From a virus, in the IMG/VR virus record IMGVR_UViG_3300042566_000678, positions 1 through 64,000 of that record: 64,000 nt of DNA, one strand, 5' to 3'. The first letter of the stretch is position 1. Each line of letters starts with the position of its first letter. The position numbers and the translations under genes were made by a program. This document shows positions 37,729-48,334 of this stretch, in pieces. The notes under the pieces were generated by a model. It did no database searches and was not told the origin of the DNA. It saw nothing but the letters and a program-made list of their open reading frames with translations.

Positions 37729-39743
37729 TATAGTGCTCTTCCTTTAATATCTGTATTTGGGTATTTTATTTCAAAAACCGCTGGGTCTAAAGATGGGTAT
37801 ATTATCTTATTACGGGTTGCCTCTTTAATGTTATATGCATAAGCCGAATAATTTCCACCTCTTAAATTTACCACCTCTACGTTTTGAACTGCCGCAACAC
37901 CATCAATGTTTGCAATTTCTAATTCAATTTCACTTAAATTTATTGGTTGGTTTATTTTCCACTTTGTAATATCAAATAAATTTTTTAATGCATTATTTAC
38001 CTTCAATAGAACTTCACGCTTATTGTAGTTATTAAATGTTGTTATTTCATAATTTATTCCAATGTTTATAACAAAACCATCCAACATATTAACCGCATCT
38101 GTCAACATACGATAATCTTCCAAATACGTTTTAAGGTTTTGTTTAATTGCATCATTTAATACCGTTAGGTTTCCGTTTACATCGTAACCCAATAGATGCA
38201 TATTGATTGCAAATGGGTTATTAAATTCCGCGTTTATAGTTTTTTGCTGTAAAATGTATCTTTCAATTTGGTCACCAATTTCAGTATCGGTTTTACCAAC
38301 GGACGATTTTACTAAATTTAAGAATTGTTGTCTTGCGGTATCATCTCTTAAAACCGCTTGAACTTTTGTATCATCCAATGCCGTATCTTGTTCCACATAC
38401 ACTTTAGCAATACTACCAAATTCAGATGGCATTGCCAATGTTCTAATTTCATAATCAGCTTTGGTTACTGCTCTATTTTGAGAACCATAATTTGCTATTG
38501 CATTTTCTCTTATTTCATCAATAGTTTCAGCTGAACCACCCCCTACCGCTGGTTCCAAATTAGTAACCGCGACTGATGTCTTTGATGCATTATATACAGG
38601 CAATGTTATTGGTGTATATTGTAATAAATCTTCATCAAATTCAATTAGATTTATAGTAGTTAAATCGCCAGATGGTATATTTGAACTTATACCACCACCC
38701 GATAAATACGTTACAGTCAATATTGTATTTGATGGGGCTATACCATATGTAGATGTTTTTAAGAAATTGGATGGGTCGAATGTTTCTCCCAATTTATCAA
38801 TTGAGTTATTCAATCCCAACCCCACATTTTTAGTAGATGGTACTAATATCTCATCACTCACATTTGAACTACCACCACCAAAACGAAGTTGTACCGAATT
38901 AGTTGATGTAATTTTTGTTGTAAATCTACGTGGTGTTTTTAATAATTTTAACAAATATGGTGTAGTTGAACGATATTGTGAAAGTTCTGCGTCATTCGAT
39001 TCAACATTTGGCATTTTTGTATATATCATTTCTTGCGCCAAATAAGGTACTTCATAATATACGTTTCCATTTGAATCAACCACACGTTCTACACTAATAA
39101 ATGAATTATCTTCTATTGTAAATGTAGGATTTTTGGTGAAATTACCAACGGTAAATGTTTGAGTTTTAACAGTTGCACTTATTGCTTTTACTTTTTTTGT
39201 TAAAAGATATAATGCAGTTTCACTACCATTTGTTTGAAAAACACTTACTTCTCTATCGGTAGGGTCATTGAAATCTACATCATCTGCTGTTACAAATGTC
39301 AATTCACTACGCAAATTAGATTTAATTTGCATACCCTGTCTAATTTTTAAAGCGTATGAGTAATCTGGTTTGTTATTAAGACCAACTCCAACATTTGGTA
39401 CAGTTTGATAAACCGTTATTGTAGTTGTTGCTGGTCTAGATAATTTTGGTTTGTATCCCAAATTTTGAGCCTGCATCAGTACGTTTGAGTAATTACCGGC
39501 TAAATTTATGAAAGATTCTTTTAACTGCGAATCTGTATAGTATGAAAGAACATCACCTACATAAGCCGCTTGCTCAATAAACATCATACCAGGAGATGCT
39601 TCATTGAAATCACTAAAGGTATCAGAATAATATGTTTTAGTAAATTCAACAAGAGCATTTCGCAATGATGTAAAATCTCTGTTTAGATACTTTATATCTT
39701 TATTGTTTTTACCCCAATTTTTTTCCGTAGGTAGTAGTGCCAT
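37728..39743 (-). CDS. baseplate wedge subunit (T4 gp6-like)
   Basis: RDFTSLRNAL, DFNEASPG, AQNLGYKP, GGGSAETIDEIR, QNRAVTKADY. Confidence 0.92.
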   Translation of the reverse strand: MALLPTEKNWGKNNKDIKYLNRDFTSLRNALVEFTKTYYSDTFSDFNEASPGMMFIEQAAYVGDVLSYYTDSQLKESFINLAGNYSNVLMQAQNLGYKPKLSRPATTTITVYQTVPNVGVGLNNKPDYSYALKIRQGMQIKSNLRSELTFVTADDVDFNDPTDREVSVFQTNGSETALYLLTKKVKAISATVKTQTFTVGNFTKNPTFTIEDNSFISVERVVDSNGNVYYEVPYLAQEMIYTKMPNVESNDAELSQYRSTTPYLLKLLKTPRRFTTKITSTNSVQLRFGGGSSNVSDEILVPSTKNVGLGLNNSIDKLGETFDPSNFLKTSTYGIAPSNTILTVTYLSGGGISSNIPSGDLTTINLIEFDEDLLQYTPITLPVYNASKTSVAVTNLEPAVGGGSAETIDEIRENAIANYGSQNRAVTKADYEIRTLAMPSEFGSIAKVYVEQDTALDDTKVQAVLRDDTARQQFLNLVKSSVGKTDTEIGDQIERYILQQKTINAEFNNPFAINMHLLGYDVNGNLTVLNDAIKQNLKTYLEDYRMLTDAVNMLDGFVINIGINYEITTFNNYNKREVLLKVNNALKNLFDITKWKINQPINLSEIELEIANIDGVAAVQNVEVVNLRGGNYSAYAYNIKEATRNKIIYPSLDPAVFEIKYPNTDIKGRAL

Positions 39744-39744
39744 A

Positions 39745-40173
39745 TTAAACCCTTATATTTATTGAGTCTCTTGAATTATTTCCAGTAAATGGTAATCTAT
39801 AATTTAATTGAACTTGTATTGAATTATTATCTCTTGAATTATTATCGGAATATACGGATACATTTTCTACCACAACAAACGGTAACCACCTTGCAATCGC
39901 AGTTTCTATTTCCGTTTGTATATACAAAAATACACCCGCCCCATCATCTATTTGTTCAAAAAGTGCTTGCCTTAAATTACAGCCAAATTCAGGTTGCATT
40001 AATCGTTCTCCTCTATTGGTTAGTATTAAATTTCTTAAATCCGATTTTATTTGTTCTTTAGTTGTATAGTTTACGGCAAAATATCCATTATTTCCTTTTG
40101 TAAAGCAATCGGATACACCCACACTTTTATCTTGGGTATCAATAATCGGTTTATTTTGTATAATGTATGCCAT
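39745..40173 (-). CDS. baseplate wedge subunit (gp25/GPW family)
   Basis: LRNLILTNRGERLMQPEFGCNL..LFE..I..AIARWLP. Confidence 0.93.
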   Translation of the reverse strand: MAYIIQNKPIIDTQDKSVGVSDCFTKGNNGYFAVNYTTKEQIKSDLRNLILTNRGERLMQPEFGCNLRQALFEQIDDGAGVFLYIQTEIETAIARWLPFVVVENVSVYSDNNSRDNNSIQVQLNYRLPFTGNNSRDSINIRV

Positions 40174-40604
40174 TATTTCTTAAACTTTTTAACTAATTGT
40201 GAGTAATCTCTTGTCATTGCTTTCATCAACACATCTACACCCTCTGGGTTTTTATGTGCCATCATTCTTGCTTGCTCTAATACTGATGGACCACCTGCCG
40301 AAGCACCATATTGGTCTGCCATATTTGATTCCTCACCGAATGAGTTATCTCCGTATCCTAACATATCAGGTGTAATTCTTGGAGTATGTGGATTTGCACT
40401 TCTTTTATCAAATCTCATTTCACCCCAGCTACCATCTGTTTTAGATACTGCTTGGTAATTTTCTTTTATCTGTGGTTTAGATGGTGCTTCTAGTTCTTCA
40501 TTTAACACATCTCTTACCGCTTTGCGGATTTCTTCTTTAAGAGTTTTTTTCATATCTTCTCTTAAAACTTTTACTAAACCTTTAATTAGTTCCGTTTGAT
40601 TCAT
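40173..40604 (-). CDS. hypothetical late protein with [LIV]-x-E-rich N-terminus
   Basis: VLRE..LKEEIRKAVRDVLNEE..IKE; late-type motif upstream. Confidence 0.55.
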   Translation of the reverse strand: MNQTELIKGLVKVLREDMKKTLKEEIRKAVRDVLNEELEAPSKPQIKENYQAVSKTDGSWGEMRFDKRSANPHTPRITPDMLGYGDNSFGEESNMADQYGASAGGPSVLEQARMMAHKNPEGVDVLMKAMTRDYSQLVKKFKK

Positions 40605-40682
40605 AATAAATTGTAGTTTATCTTATATAAATATATGTTATTGAAAATGTGGATATTTTGTTAGGTAATCATTGATACCATT

Positions 40683-42098
40683 TTAATCCCTTATAGGATT
40701 ACGTGCTCTTTCTACGGGAATAACAAAACCGGATAATTTATTATCTTTTAATAATTGTTTTAATGATGTTTTTTTTCTATATACACCACCACCATCTCTA
40801 CTATAACCTTTCTCTTGTGGAACGGTGTTACCCTCTATTGTTACTATTTCACCCGTTTTTGGATTATAACTTTCCACTACACCAATATGAGACTCTCTAT
40901 ATCTTTTTAAATCTGTATCATAACTTTTATATATTATTGCCCCACCAACTGTTGGATTTTTTGTAAATAATCCATTTTTTTCACCCCACTTTTTCCAGTT
41001 TACACACGAAGCATCTCCATCAAAAGGCGCACGAATATTTGGAGTTAAAATACCAGCTTTTCTCCACCAATCGGATAGTGCTGCTGCGCACCATGGTTCA
41101 CCTTCTTTACCTTTAATTTTTGGAGGAGGAAACCCAACAGCTATTAACATTTCTTCTATCCTTGCACCTCTGTTATTACCACCCTGTTCTCTAACATTTA
41201 AATCAGCACGAGCAGCATCAAGGATTCTATTTATATAATCATTTAGCTCTATATCATCATCTACACTACTTTCATCGGCATCTAATGATACATGTCTTTT
41301 AGTATCTAGTTTACCTTTCTCATGTATTATTAGTTCTTCATATGTATCAACAATGCGTGCATCCCGAACATCTCGCTCTTCTTGTTTTATAAGCTCAAGT
41401 TGTTCTTCAGCTTCCCTTTGTCTTGCTAGTGATACTTCAGTATCTATATCACTCATTATAAAATCTTTATCAGATAATTCAGGTTTTGGTTGAAGAATTT
41501 CTTCTGCATTTTTAGTATTTGGTTGTGATGCCGGTGATACTTCAACATTAAACCCAACCCAAGGTAATACAGCAGGACCAGGAGGTGCCGTTGGTGGATA
41601 TTGGGATATTGTATTACAAAAACCACTTACCGTTTGCAAGTGTATAGTTGCTTGTAATATAAACGCATCTAAATATGGGTCATTGGATGTAGATGGAAAT
41701 ACAGGAAATGGTGTAGGTGGCCAAGTACCAGGATTTGTTGTAGTATTAGTTACAACTGAAAGATTTAGAATTGTTCCTGGAGCTGGTATTAATGGTGGTA
41801 TTTTTCCCAACTCCGCACCGGTCCAATAGGCAACCGCCCCCTTACCTAATAATGCTATTGATTGATTATAGAATACTGGTGTTTTTGCGGTTAAACCAGC
41901 TTCCAATGCATACAATATAGTTGCACGCATTAATTCTGTGTTACCTTTTATTACGGTATTTTGTGTGGTTACATCTAAACCACGCTTCATACATTGGTCA
42001 TATTTTTGAGTAAAGAAATCGGCAAATTCATTGGTACTCTTAAATGAAGAGTTTACCATCTTTGCTTTCATTTCTTGTTTAAAAATACTCCAAGACAT
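40683..42098 (-). CDS. virion-associated peptidoglycan hydrolase (C-terminal CHAP domain)
   Basis: VREQGGNNRG..PWCAA..HIGVV..TIEGNT catalytic pattern; Pro-rich N-terminal domain. Confidence 0.8.
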   Translation of the reverse strand: MSWSIFKQEMKAKMVNSSFKSTNEFADFFTQKYDQCMKRGLDVTTQNTVIKGNTELMRATILYALEAGLTAKTPVFYNQSIALLGKGAVAYWTGAELGKIPPLIPAPGTILNLSVVTNTTTNPGTWPPTPFPVFPSTSNDPYLDAFILQATIHLQTVSGFCNTISQYPPTAPPGPAVLPWVGFNVEVSPASQPNTKNAEEILQPKPELSDKDFIMSDIDTEVSLARQREAEEQLELIKQEERDVRDARIVDTYEELIIHEKGKLDTKRHVSLDADESSVDDDIELNDYINRILDAARADLNVREQGGNNRGARIEEMLIAVGFPPPKIKGKEGEPWCAAALSDWWRKAGILTPNIRAPFDGDASCVNWKKWGEKNGLFTKNPTVGGAIIYKSYDTDLKRYRESHIGVVESYNPKTGEIVTIEGNTVPQEKGYSRDGGGVYRKKTSLKQLLKDNKLSGFVIPVERARNPIRD

Positions 42099-43390
42099 TA
42101 TACTAGGTAGTTAGTAGATGAAAGGCAATCTTTTAGTTCTTTGGCTAAACTATTAAAAGTTGCTTTATCAATTGGACCAGGCGCAGATGGACCAGATGGG
42201 GTTGCAATTGTCATTAGGTTAATTGCCTGTATAAGCCTATCAATCAAATTTATTAGTTTGTTACCCATTATCATTTGATTAGCTTCAACCGAATTATCAG
42301 TATTATCTGCTCCCAATAAAACTTTTCCACCTGAAACACCTATGATTACATCATTATTACCCAATGCGTTTATTCTGACATTACCATCATTTGCAGTAAA
42401 ATCTATTGTATTTGCATCAATACTTACAATATTATTTGCAAACATAGATAAATTACGATTTGAAATTAAATACAAATCTTCACCCTTTGATGATAGCGTT
42501 ACTCTATCCGAATTTATAATTATTTGGTCACCTTTAGCTTGTTCTGGAAATTTGTATCGTTGACTATTAGTAGATACTGGAGTATATGATGTTATATATT
42601 CACCCGATGTGATGTGTATAGATGAACCATCTTTATTTATATCTTCATTAACAATATCAAATATTTTTTTAGATTTATTGTCGGAATTTTCTCCATTCCG
42701 TATCATAAATGCTGGATATGCTATACCATCTGTTTTATTTTCGTGCATATACCCACTTAAACGAATAGAATTTCCAAATCTACCTTGAAATATATTATCA
42801 CCCTCTCTCAAAGAAAGTTGATGAAACTTTACATCAGATTTAAAATAATCTCCCTGAAATCCATTTTTTCGTTTTTTGGATGAATTAGTATCTACCGTAC
42901 TATTTGGTATTCCAGTTTTAACAACTTCTTCTATTCTACCATTTGATGTATTACTACCACCCGAACCCTCTGGAGTTGTTTTTACTATACGAGAAACATA
43001 TGGATTTGTATTATAGTTTACTAAATTATTGTGATTTAATTTACTATAAAAATATTGTGTACCAATTCTAGTTATATATACACTTTCGGTTTCAACGGGA
43101 ATACTCTGATTGTTTCTATCAAATGGAAATGCAATATTTACATTTTTTTCATCATACTCCGCCTCTGCGTCAAACTTAAATTTTATAGTTCCATATAATA
43201 TTGTATTTTCTCCATAATAATCTGCTGCTTCAAAATCAGGAAATATTTGTTCTAACGTATTAACTGGAATATCTTTTATATCTTCCAATTTAGTAAAAAC
43301 TTTTTCAACAATAGCAACGGATTGTGGTGTAGTTTTACCATATGTAGTTATAGAACCGCCTGAAAGTGAACCTCTATATAATAATGACAT
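42098..43390 (-). CDS. baseplate hub/spike protein (gp5-like)
   Basis: EGDNIFQGRFGNSIRL, DINKDGSSIHIT, QIIINSDRV beta-repeat region; upstream of gp25. Confidence 0.65.
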   Translation of the reverse strand: MSLLYRGSLSGGSITTYGKTTPQSVAIVEKVFTKLEDIKDIPVNTLEQIFPDFEAADYYGENTILYGTIKFKFDAEAEYDEKNVNIAFPFDRNNQSIPVETESVYITRIGTQYFYSKLNHNNLVNYNTNPYVSRIVKTTPEGSGGSNTSNGRIEEVVKTGIPNSTVDTNSSKKRKNGFQGDYFKSDVKFHQLSLREGDNIFQGRFGNSIRLSGYMHENKTDGIAYPAFMIRNGENSDNKSKKIFDIVNEDINKDGSSIHITSGEYITSYTPVSTNSQRYKFPEQAKGDQIIINSDRVTLSSKGEDLYLISNRNLSMFANNIVSIDANTIDFTANDGNVRINALGNNDVIIGVSGGKVLLGADNTDNSVEANQMIMGNKLINLIDRLIQAINLMTIATPSGPSAPGPIDKATFNSLAKELKDCLSSTNYLV

Positions 43391-43806
43391 TACTTAATCC
43401 CTTGTCTTAATTGTTCTAATTCTTGTTCGATTTCTTCTAACTTATCATCAGTCTTTTGCTCAATTTTTGTAGCAGTATCTTCAATCTCTTCCATCAACTG
43501 CTTTCTATCTTCATCACTTAACCATCCATCTTCACCATTACTCTTACCTTCCGCAAGAATCAATCGTTGAGCAATAGTAGCCATCTTAACTAAATGGTCA
43601 TCGTTACTAATTGATGCATTAATTAATTGTGTAATCATCGGTGTTAGTTGTATAGCATCTTGTGGATTACGAATTAACTTGCGTAATTCCTCAATAAGAC
43701 CTGAAATGTTTTTCTTTTTACCTTGTTGGTTTTCGTATATATCTTTTAATAAGGAAGAAAATGATTTTCCTTTAAAGATTTCAAAATCCATATCAATATT
43801 ACCCAT
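43390..43806 (-). CDS. hypothetical helical late protein
   Basis: Start moved to ATG 43806 because the 43863 start would read through a terminator and the promoter motif. Confidence 0.6.
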   Translation of the reverse strand: MGNIDMDFEIFKGKSFSSLLKDIYENQQGKKKNISGLIEELRKLIRNPQDAIQLTPMITQLINASISNDDHLVKMATIAQRLILAEGKSNGEDGWLSDEDRKQLMEEIEDTATKIEQKTDDKLEEIEQELEQLRQGIK

Positions 43807-43841
43807 AATAACTCTTTGTTTAGTATAAATATCGTACATAG

Positions 43842-43867
43842 AAAAAAGGTGGTACAAGACCACCTTC
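43842..43867 (-). terminator. intrinsic terminator after the sigma gene
   Basis: Stem AAGGTGGT/ACCACCTT followed by a T-tract. Confidence 0.8.
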
Positions 43868-43870
43868 TAA

Positions 43871-44599
43871 CTACCTTTTAATTGTTTTTGCCCAAAATGG
43901 GTCATTTTCATCATCCATTATATCACCATCATCTAAAAATTGGTCATATAACTTAACTTGTGTTTCTTTCATTTTAGCCACAACCTTTGTAATATAGTGT
44001 GTTTTGTGACCTGTCATCTCTCTTACCAAAAGGTATAAAGATTTCTTATTAAAACTTTCTATGTATTCTGCTCTACGGAATAATTCTAAAATAGAATCTG
44101 CAATCTGAATATCTCTTTTCTTTGTAAAAATACGATTTAGATTTTCATCCCAATATTGAAGCATCCTATCGTTAAATATTTTGAACTCTTCATTATGTTG
44201 TGTTTCTTTGAAATCATTTTCAGGGTTCCAATTCTCTGGCATCTCTGAAATCTTTGATGTACTTTTGTATCTTTTATAATTGGAGTTGTTATTTAAGATT
44301 AAATAGTTTCTAACTGCAATTGTAAAGTATGAGAATGCTTTTCCTTTATCCTGTTGGTATTTGTGTATTTTTTCCAATAAGAAAGAAATAACTTCTTGTT
44401 TCGTATCTTCTTTATCATCATCAAAGTAAGTAAATTTCCAAGTGTTCAAAACATTCTCTGCTAACTTATAAAAAGAATAGTAGATATGGTCTCTAAACAG
44501 TATGTTACGTTCTCTTTCGCTTGTTGAGTTATTGTATGCTATTATAGCAGCTTCAGTTTCTTCCGTAAAGTAACGGGTATCTTTTTTCTTCCTTCCCAC
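43871..44599 (-). CDS. late sigma factor (T4 gp55-like)
   Basis: YF..E....I..Y, FYKLAEN...F..F...ED..QE and KAFSYFT.A.RNYLI resemble gp55 sigma region 2; GTG start. Confidence 0.75.
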   Translation of the reverse strand: MGRKKKDTRYFTEETEAAIIAYNNSTSERERNILFRDHIYYSFYKLAENVLNTWKFTYFDDDKEDTKQEVISFLLEKIHKYQQDKGKAFSYFTIAVRNYLILNNNSNYKRYKSTSKISEMPENWNPENDFKETQHNEEFKIFNDRMLQYWDENLNRIFTKKRDIQIADSILELFRRAEYIESFNKKSLYLLVREMTGHKTHYITKVVAKMKETQVKLYDQFLDDGDIMDDENDPFWAKTIKR

Positions 44600-44601
44600 T
44601 A

Positions 44602-44874
44602 TTATTCCCCCTCTTCTTTACCAAACTCCGAATTTAATAGTTGTTCGTTTCTTTCCACCACATTTTTTAAATCTGCAAATACAGAACCAACTTCATCATC
44701 GGATTCAAATGCCCCAGTAGAATCTATATCTTTCATAGTTTTATAGATTCCTCTAAATATAGTTAGATTGCTTTCAATCTCATCTTCTAATACTTCTAAT
44801 TTGCGAAATAAATTATAATTCACATAAACCGAAGCAATCAAAAGAGAAGATACAATTAGTGTTGTTACTATCAT
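44602..44874 (-). CDS. small single-TM protein
   Basis: N-terminal hydrophobic helix, then acidic coil with GAFESDDEVG. Confidence 0.6.
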   Translation of the reverse strand: MIVTTLIVSSLLIASVYVNYNLFRKLEVLEDEIESNLTIFRGIYKTMKDIDSTGAFESDDEVGSVFADLKNVVERNEQLLNSEFGKEEGE

Positions 44875-44875
44875 A

Positions 44876-45493
44876 TTAAATTACTTCATATCCAGCGTGT
44901 AAGTATTCCTGAACTTTCTTCTTTTTAACCATTTCAGTTTTACCTTCTGGAGATTTTAACATTAACTTTTCATTTCTACCCAATTTATCATAAGAAGATT
45001 TTTCAACGGTTGTAGTATATTGTCTATCACGAATTGTTAAACCATTTAAATGGTCAATCTCATGCTGAACACATACTGCTTCTAATAAATCAACATCATC
45101 CATTAATTCATAACCATCTTTGTATTCTCTGCGAGATGTACCAAAATGCAACTCATCTGAATAGTTATCAGCTTTAATTGTAACTTCATAGTTACGGATA
45201 GTCTTTAATGGTTTTTCTAATGTCTTTGGAATAGATAAACAACCTTCTAAATAAATTAAAGTGTCCTCACTACTTTTAACAATAGTAGGATTTACCAAAA
45301 TCATAGGTTCTTCTCTTATGTTGATTACACAAATACGTTTGTTTAACCCAATTTGATTTGCACTCATACCTAAACACTTATGTTCTACGATAGCAGTTAA
45401 AAGTGCAGCGGATGCTAACTCTTGCTCTACATTATCAAACTTTGTGTTTGGAATAGGTTGTTTTAGTGCATGAATATCTGTTACTAATTTCAT
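44876..45493 (-). CDS. def: peptide deformylase
   Basis: GMSANQIG, EGCLS and QHEIDHLNG motifs; C-terminal LGRNE extension. Confidence 0.95.
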   Translation of the reverse strand: MKLVTDIHALKQPIPNTKFDNVEQELASAALLTAIVEHKCLGMSANQIGLNKRICVINIREEPMILVNPTIVKSSEDTLIYLEGCLSIPKTLEKPLKTIRNYEVTIKADNYSDELHFGTSRREYKDGYELMDDVDLLEAVCVQHEIDHLNGLTIRDRQYTTTVEKSSYDKLGRNEKLMLKSPEGKTEMVKKKKVQEYLHAGYEVI

Positions 45494-45517
45494 TTGTTTT
45501 ATTTTTATTTACTTTTA

Positions 45518-45550
45518 CAAATATACAACTTTTAAATGATTTTACCAAAT
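45518..45550 (-). promoter_or_regulatory. Bacteroidota-type promoter (def operon)
   Basis: Sense TTTGgtaaaatcatttaaaagttgTATATTTG has both -33 TTTG and -7 TAnnTTTG. Confidence 0.8.
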
Positions 45551-45552
45551 AA

Positions 45553-46137
45553 TTAATGGGTTTTGTGAATTACAATAAGATTACTAGCCCCGTTTGGCTG
45601 AATATTATTATCACCTACTACTTTTTTAAGTACTTCAAATTCATTATTAAATAATACACTACCACCCCCAGCTTCAATATCTTCTATTACATAATAACCA
45701 CCAACTTTTACTCTATTGAATAAATTGGTAATTGTATCCAGTTGTGCTTCCCATTTGTGCCAACCATCATCAATGATAATATCAAAATCCATATTTTTTA
45801 GAGTAGTATCACATGCTTCTTTACTTGTTGAATCAAAAAGGAATGTTTGGATTCTTTCTTCTGTAAATTGTGTATCTTCCTGAATATCCCCACCATATAT
45901 AAAAGATTTACCAAAATATTCTTTCCAAACCCGTAAGGATGCGCCTGGCTTGTAATTTTGTATTTGGGTACTTGCCATAGAACTTTGAGCTCCTCTTATT
46001 ATTGTACCAATACCAATTTCCAATATGTGTAGTTCATTATCTTTAATTGGTTCAAATATTTCAGTATAGGTTGAAGTGTATCCACTTAAATTTTTATCAC
46101 TACCAAATTTGTTAATTATTTCTGTTAATGTTTTCAT
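45553..46137 (-). CDS. class I SAM-dependent methyltransferase (sugar O-methyltransferase-like)
   Basis: GSDK, ILEIGIG, SLRVWKEYF, FDIIIDDGWH, GGYYVIED. Confidence 0.85.
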   Translation of the reverse strand: MKTLTEIINKFGSDKNLSGYTSTYTEIFEPIKDNELHILEIGIGTIIRGAQSSMASTQIQNYKPGASLRVWKEYFGKSFIYGGDIQEDTQFTEERIQTFLFDSTSKEACDTTLKNMDFDIIIDDGWHKWEAQLDTITNLFNRVKVGGYYVIEDIEAGGGSVLFNNEFEVLKKVVGDNNIQPNGASNLIVIHKTH

Positions 46138-46139
46138 AT

Positions 46140-46772
46140 TTAAAATAAATTATAATATTCTTTTAATTGTAAATCTTTTTGTTTAATTGGATTTAATGTT
46201 GGTGTTAAATCTGCGTTTTCTAATGTACCAGAAACTTCTCCATTTAGTTTAAAACCTGTAATTTTGTAGTTTTGTTTACCACCATTTCTATTTTTAACAA
46301 ATAACCAATCATCACCACCCCATAATTTCATTTCAAATGGAATATTTAACCAGCTATTCTTATGTATAAAGAAAGCACATGCAAATCCACCATTTCTATG
46401 AGTTATAGGTTCTAAACCAAACTCGTTTGATGGATTATCAAAGTTCTCCTCTGCCATTCCTATCATTGCTATATCTTCGGTTATATGGGGTTCTAATGTG
46501 TGTAAAATATCCCAATCAAACCATAAATCATCATTTAATACTAATAATTTATCATATTTAGCCAATGATACACCTTTATTCCAAGCCGGGTTGATATAAG
46601 TGTTCTTTTCTTCTTTAATGTGATTTAGTTTCTTCAATTTTAATGAATCCACGTCCATTTCGGAATTATCTATTAGGATAATCTCACCAACTAACGGATG
46701 TTTATCTAATTCAGTAAGAGTTTCTTTAAATCTCTCACATTTCCACATTGTTAATGCTACAACTGAATACAT
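46140..46772 (-). CDS. GT-A fold glycosyltransferase (GT2-like)
   Basis: EIILIDN, AWNKGV..AKYD.L..LNDD, WGGDDW. Confidence 0.85.
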   Translation of the reverse strand: MYSVVALTMWKCERFKETLTELDKHPLVGEIILIDNSEMDVDSLKLKKLNHIKEEKNTYINPAWNKGVSLAKYDKLLVLNDDLWFDWDILHTLEPHITEDIAMIGMAEENFDNPSNEFGLEPITHRNGGFACAFFIHKNSWLNIPFEMKLWGGDDWLFVKNRNGGKQNYKITGFKLNGEVSGTLENADLTPTLNPIKQKDLQLKEYYNLF

Positions 46773-46775
46773 ATT

Positions 46776-47768
46776 TTAGTTTTTCCAAAATGAGTAAATA
46801 CCATTATCTATCTCATACGAATCCCAAACGAATTGTTCTCTTTTAGGTTGCTTTTGAGCCCACTCCCACATATCCTTCAATCCATCTTCTAATTCCATTT
46901 TGTGTTCAAACCCCAATATATCAATTGATTTCTGCCAAGTTGGAATAGCATGTTTTACTTCATGTCTACCCTCTTTGTATTCGATTGTACCACCACCAAT
47001 TACTTTTTGTAATACTTTACACGCATCGTTGATTGTCCATTCCTCTACGCCACCTAAATTGATAATTTCTTTAGATGCTTCTGGTAAGATTGCTGATTTC
47101 CATAGTGGTTCAACAATATCATCAATACAACTGAATGCTCTAGTCTGTTCTCCATCGCCAAATATAGTCATAGGCTTGTCATTTAGGTGTTGGTACATCC
47201 AAATACCTAAAACATTACGATATTTATCCCAAATGTTCTGATTTCTACCATAAACGTTGTGTGGGCGGATGATACACCAATCTAAACCATGTTGTTCTCC
47301 TGCAATCTGAATATCCATCTCACAGCCATACTTTGCTACTCCATACGGGTCAATCGGTGCTTGTTGTTGGTTCTCATCAAAGATTCCACCTTCACCATGT
47401 CCATATACTGCAAGAGTTGATGTAAATACCAACCTCTTAACATTATATTTAATACAATTGTTTACAATTTTAGCAGTTGCAACTAAATTGTTCTCATAGT
47501 TATACTTTCTGATAAATGGTGATAATCCTTCTGCTGCATAAGCCGCTAAATGGAACACATAATCAAACTTATACACCTCAAAACAATTTTCAATTGGATG
47601 GTTGACAATATCTTGATTCCAAAACTTTACTTTTGGGTTAATATTCTCTATATATCCACCACTTAAATCATCAATACCTACTACTTCTGCTTCTGGTACA
47701 TTTTCTATGATGTAATCTGCTAATCTACTACCTAGTAATCCAGCTACACCTGTAATTAATACTTTCAT
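46776..47768 (-). CDS. NAD-dependent nucleotide-sugar epimerase/dehydratase
   Basis: VLITGVAGLLGS, VFHLAA, FTST, YGVAK, RPHNVYG, IFGDGEQTRAF. Confidence 0.93.
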   Translation of the reverse strand: MKVLITGVAGLLGSRLADYIIENVPEAEVVGIDDLSGGYIENINPKVKFWNQDIVNHPIENCFEVYKFDYVFHLAAYAAEGLSPFIRKYNYENNLVATAKIVNNCIKYNVKRLVFTSTLAVYGHGEGGIFDENQQQAPIDPYGVAKYGCEMDIQIAGEQHGLDWCIIRPHNVYGRNQNIWDKYRNVLGIWMYQHLNDKPMTIFGDGEQTRAFSCIDDIVEPLWKSAILPEASKEIINLGGVEEWTINDACKVLQKVIGGGTIEYKEGRHEVKHAIPTWQKSIDILGFEHKMELEDGLKDMWEWAQKQPKREQFVWDSYEIDNGIYSFWKN

Positions 47769-48334
47769 TATTTCCTCTTTAATATAGTTAAACCATTGTT
47801 ATTTGTATATCTTTCGTGTAATTCCCAATGTGGGTTTACGTCTAAAAATTCTTCAATTGCTTTCCACAATCCTTTACCTTCTTCTTTATTTGCTACATTT
47901 GGGTCATTTGTATAGATTTCACCAACAGATTCAAATAAAGTTGTATCGTGGAATGCAATATATTTTCTTGCTTTATTGCCATGCAATTCTAACTCAATTT
48001 TTAATTGGTCATAGTGATGTAAAGTATCAATAAATAAAAAATCAGTTTCTTCAATTGTTAAATTACGAGTATCTGCTTTTTCAAACTTAAAATCAATATC
48101 ATGCATTCCTGCTAATTCATATACAACATTCATACCAGGTGAATCATTGTAATCATATGAAATTAAAGTTTTAGGATTACCCATCATAAACGCAAATGTA
48201 GATACTATCCAACGAACACCCATTTCGGTAATGTGTTCGCATTCTTCTGCGTATTTTTTTAATGTAGGTAAATGTTCGTTAATATCAGATGGAGTCTGAC
48301 AACGTTGGTTGTAAATTGCTTCTAGTGGAGACAT
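47768..48334 (-). CDS. class I SAM-dependent methyltransferase (Methyltransf_24-like)
   Basis: SDINEHL, ITEMGVR, LFIDTLH.Y, IAFHDT, NNGL. Confidence 0.8.
   Translation of the reverse strand: MSPLEAIYNQRCQTPSDINEHLPTLKKYAEECEHITEMGVRWIVSTFAFMMGNPKTLISYDYNDSPGMNVVYELAGMHDIDFKFEKADTRNLTIEETDFLFIDTLHHYDQLKIELELHGNKARKYIAFHDTTLFESVGEIYTNDPNVANKEEGKGLWKAIEEFLDVNPHWELHERYTNNNGLTILKRK

Noticed and set aside
43807-43863. Longer starts in the ORF track (43863; likewise 2258, 4476, 6197, 10633, 51291, 55652, 60988, 61178)
   Set aside because: They overlap upstream genes, promoters or terminators, or use weak start codons; downstream ATGs fit coupling and motifs better.
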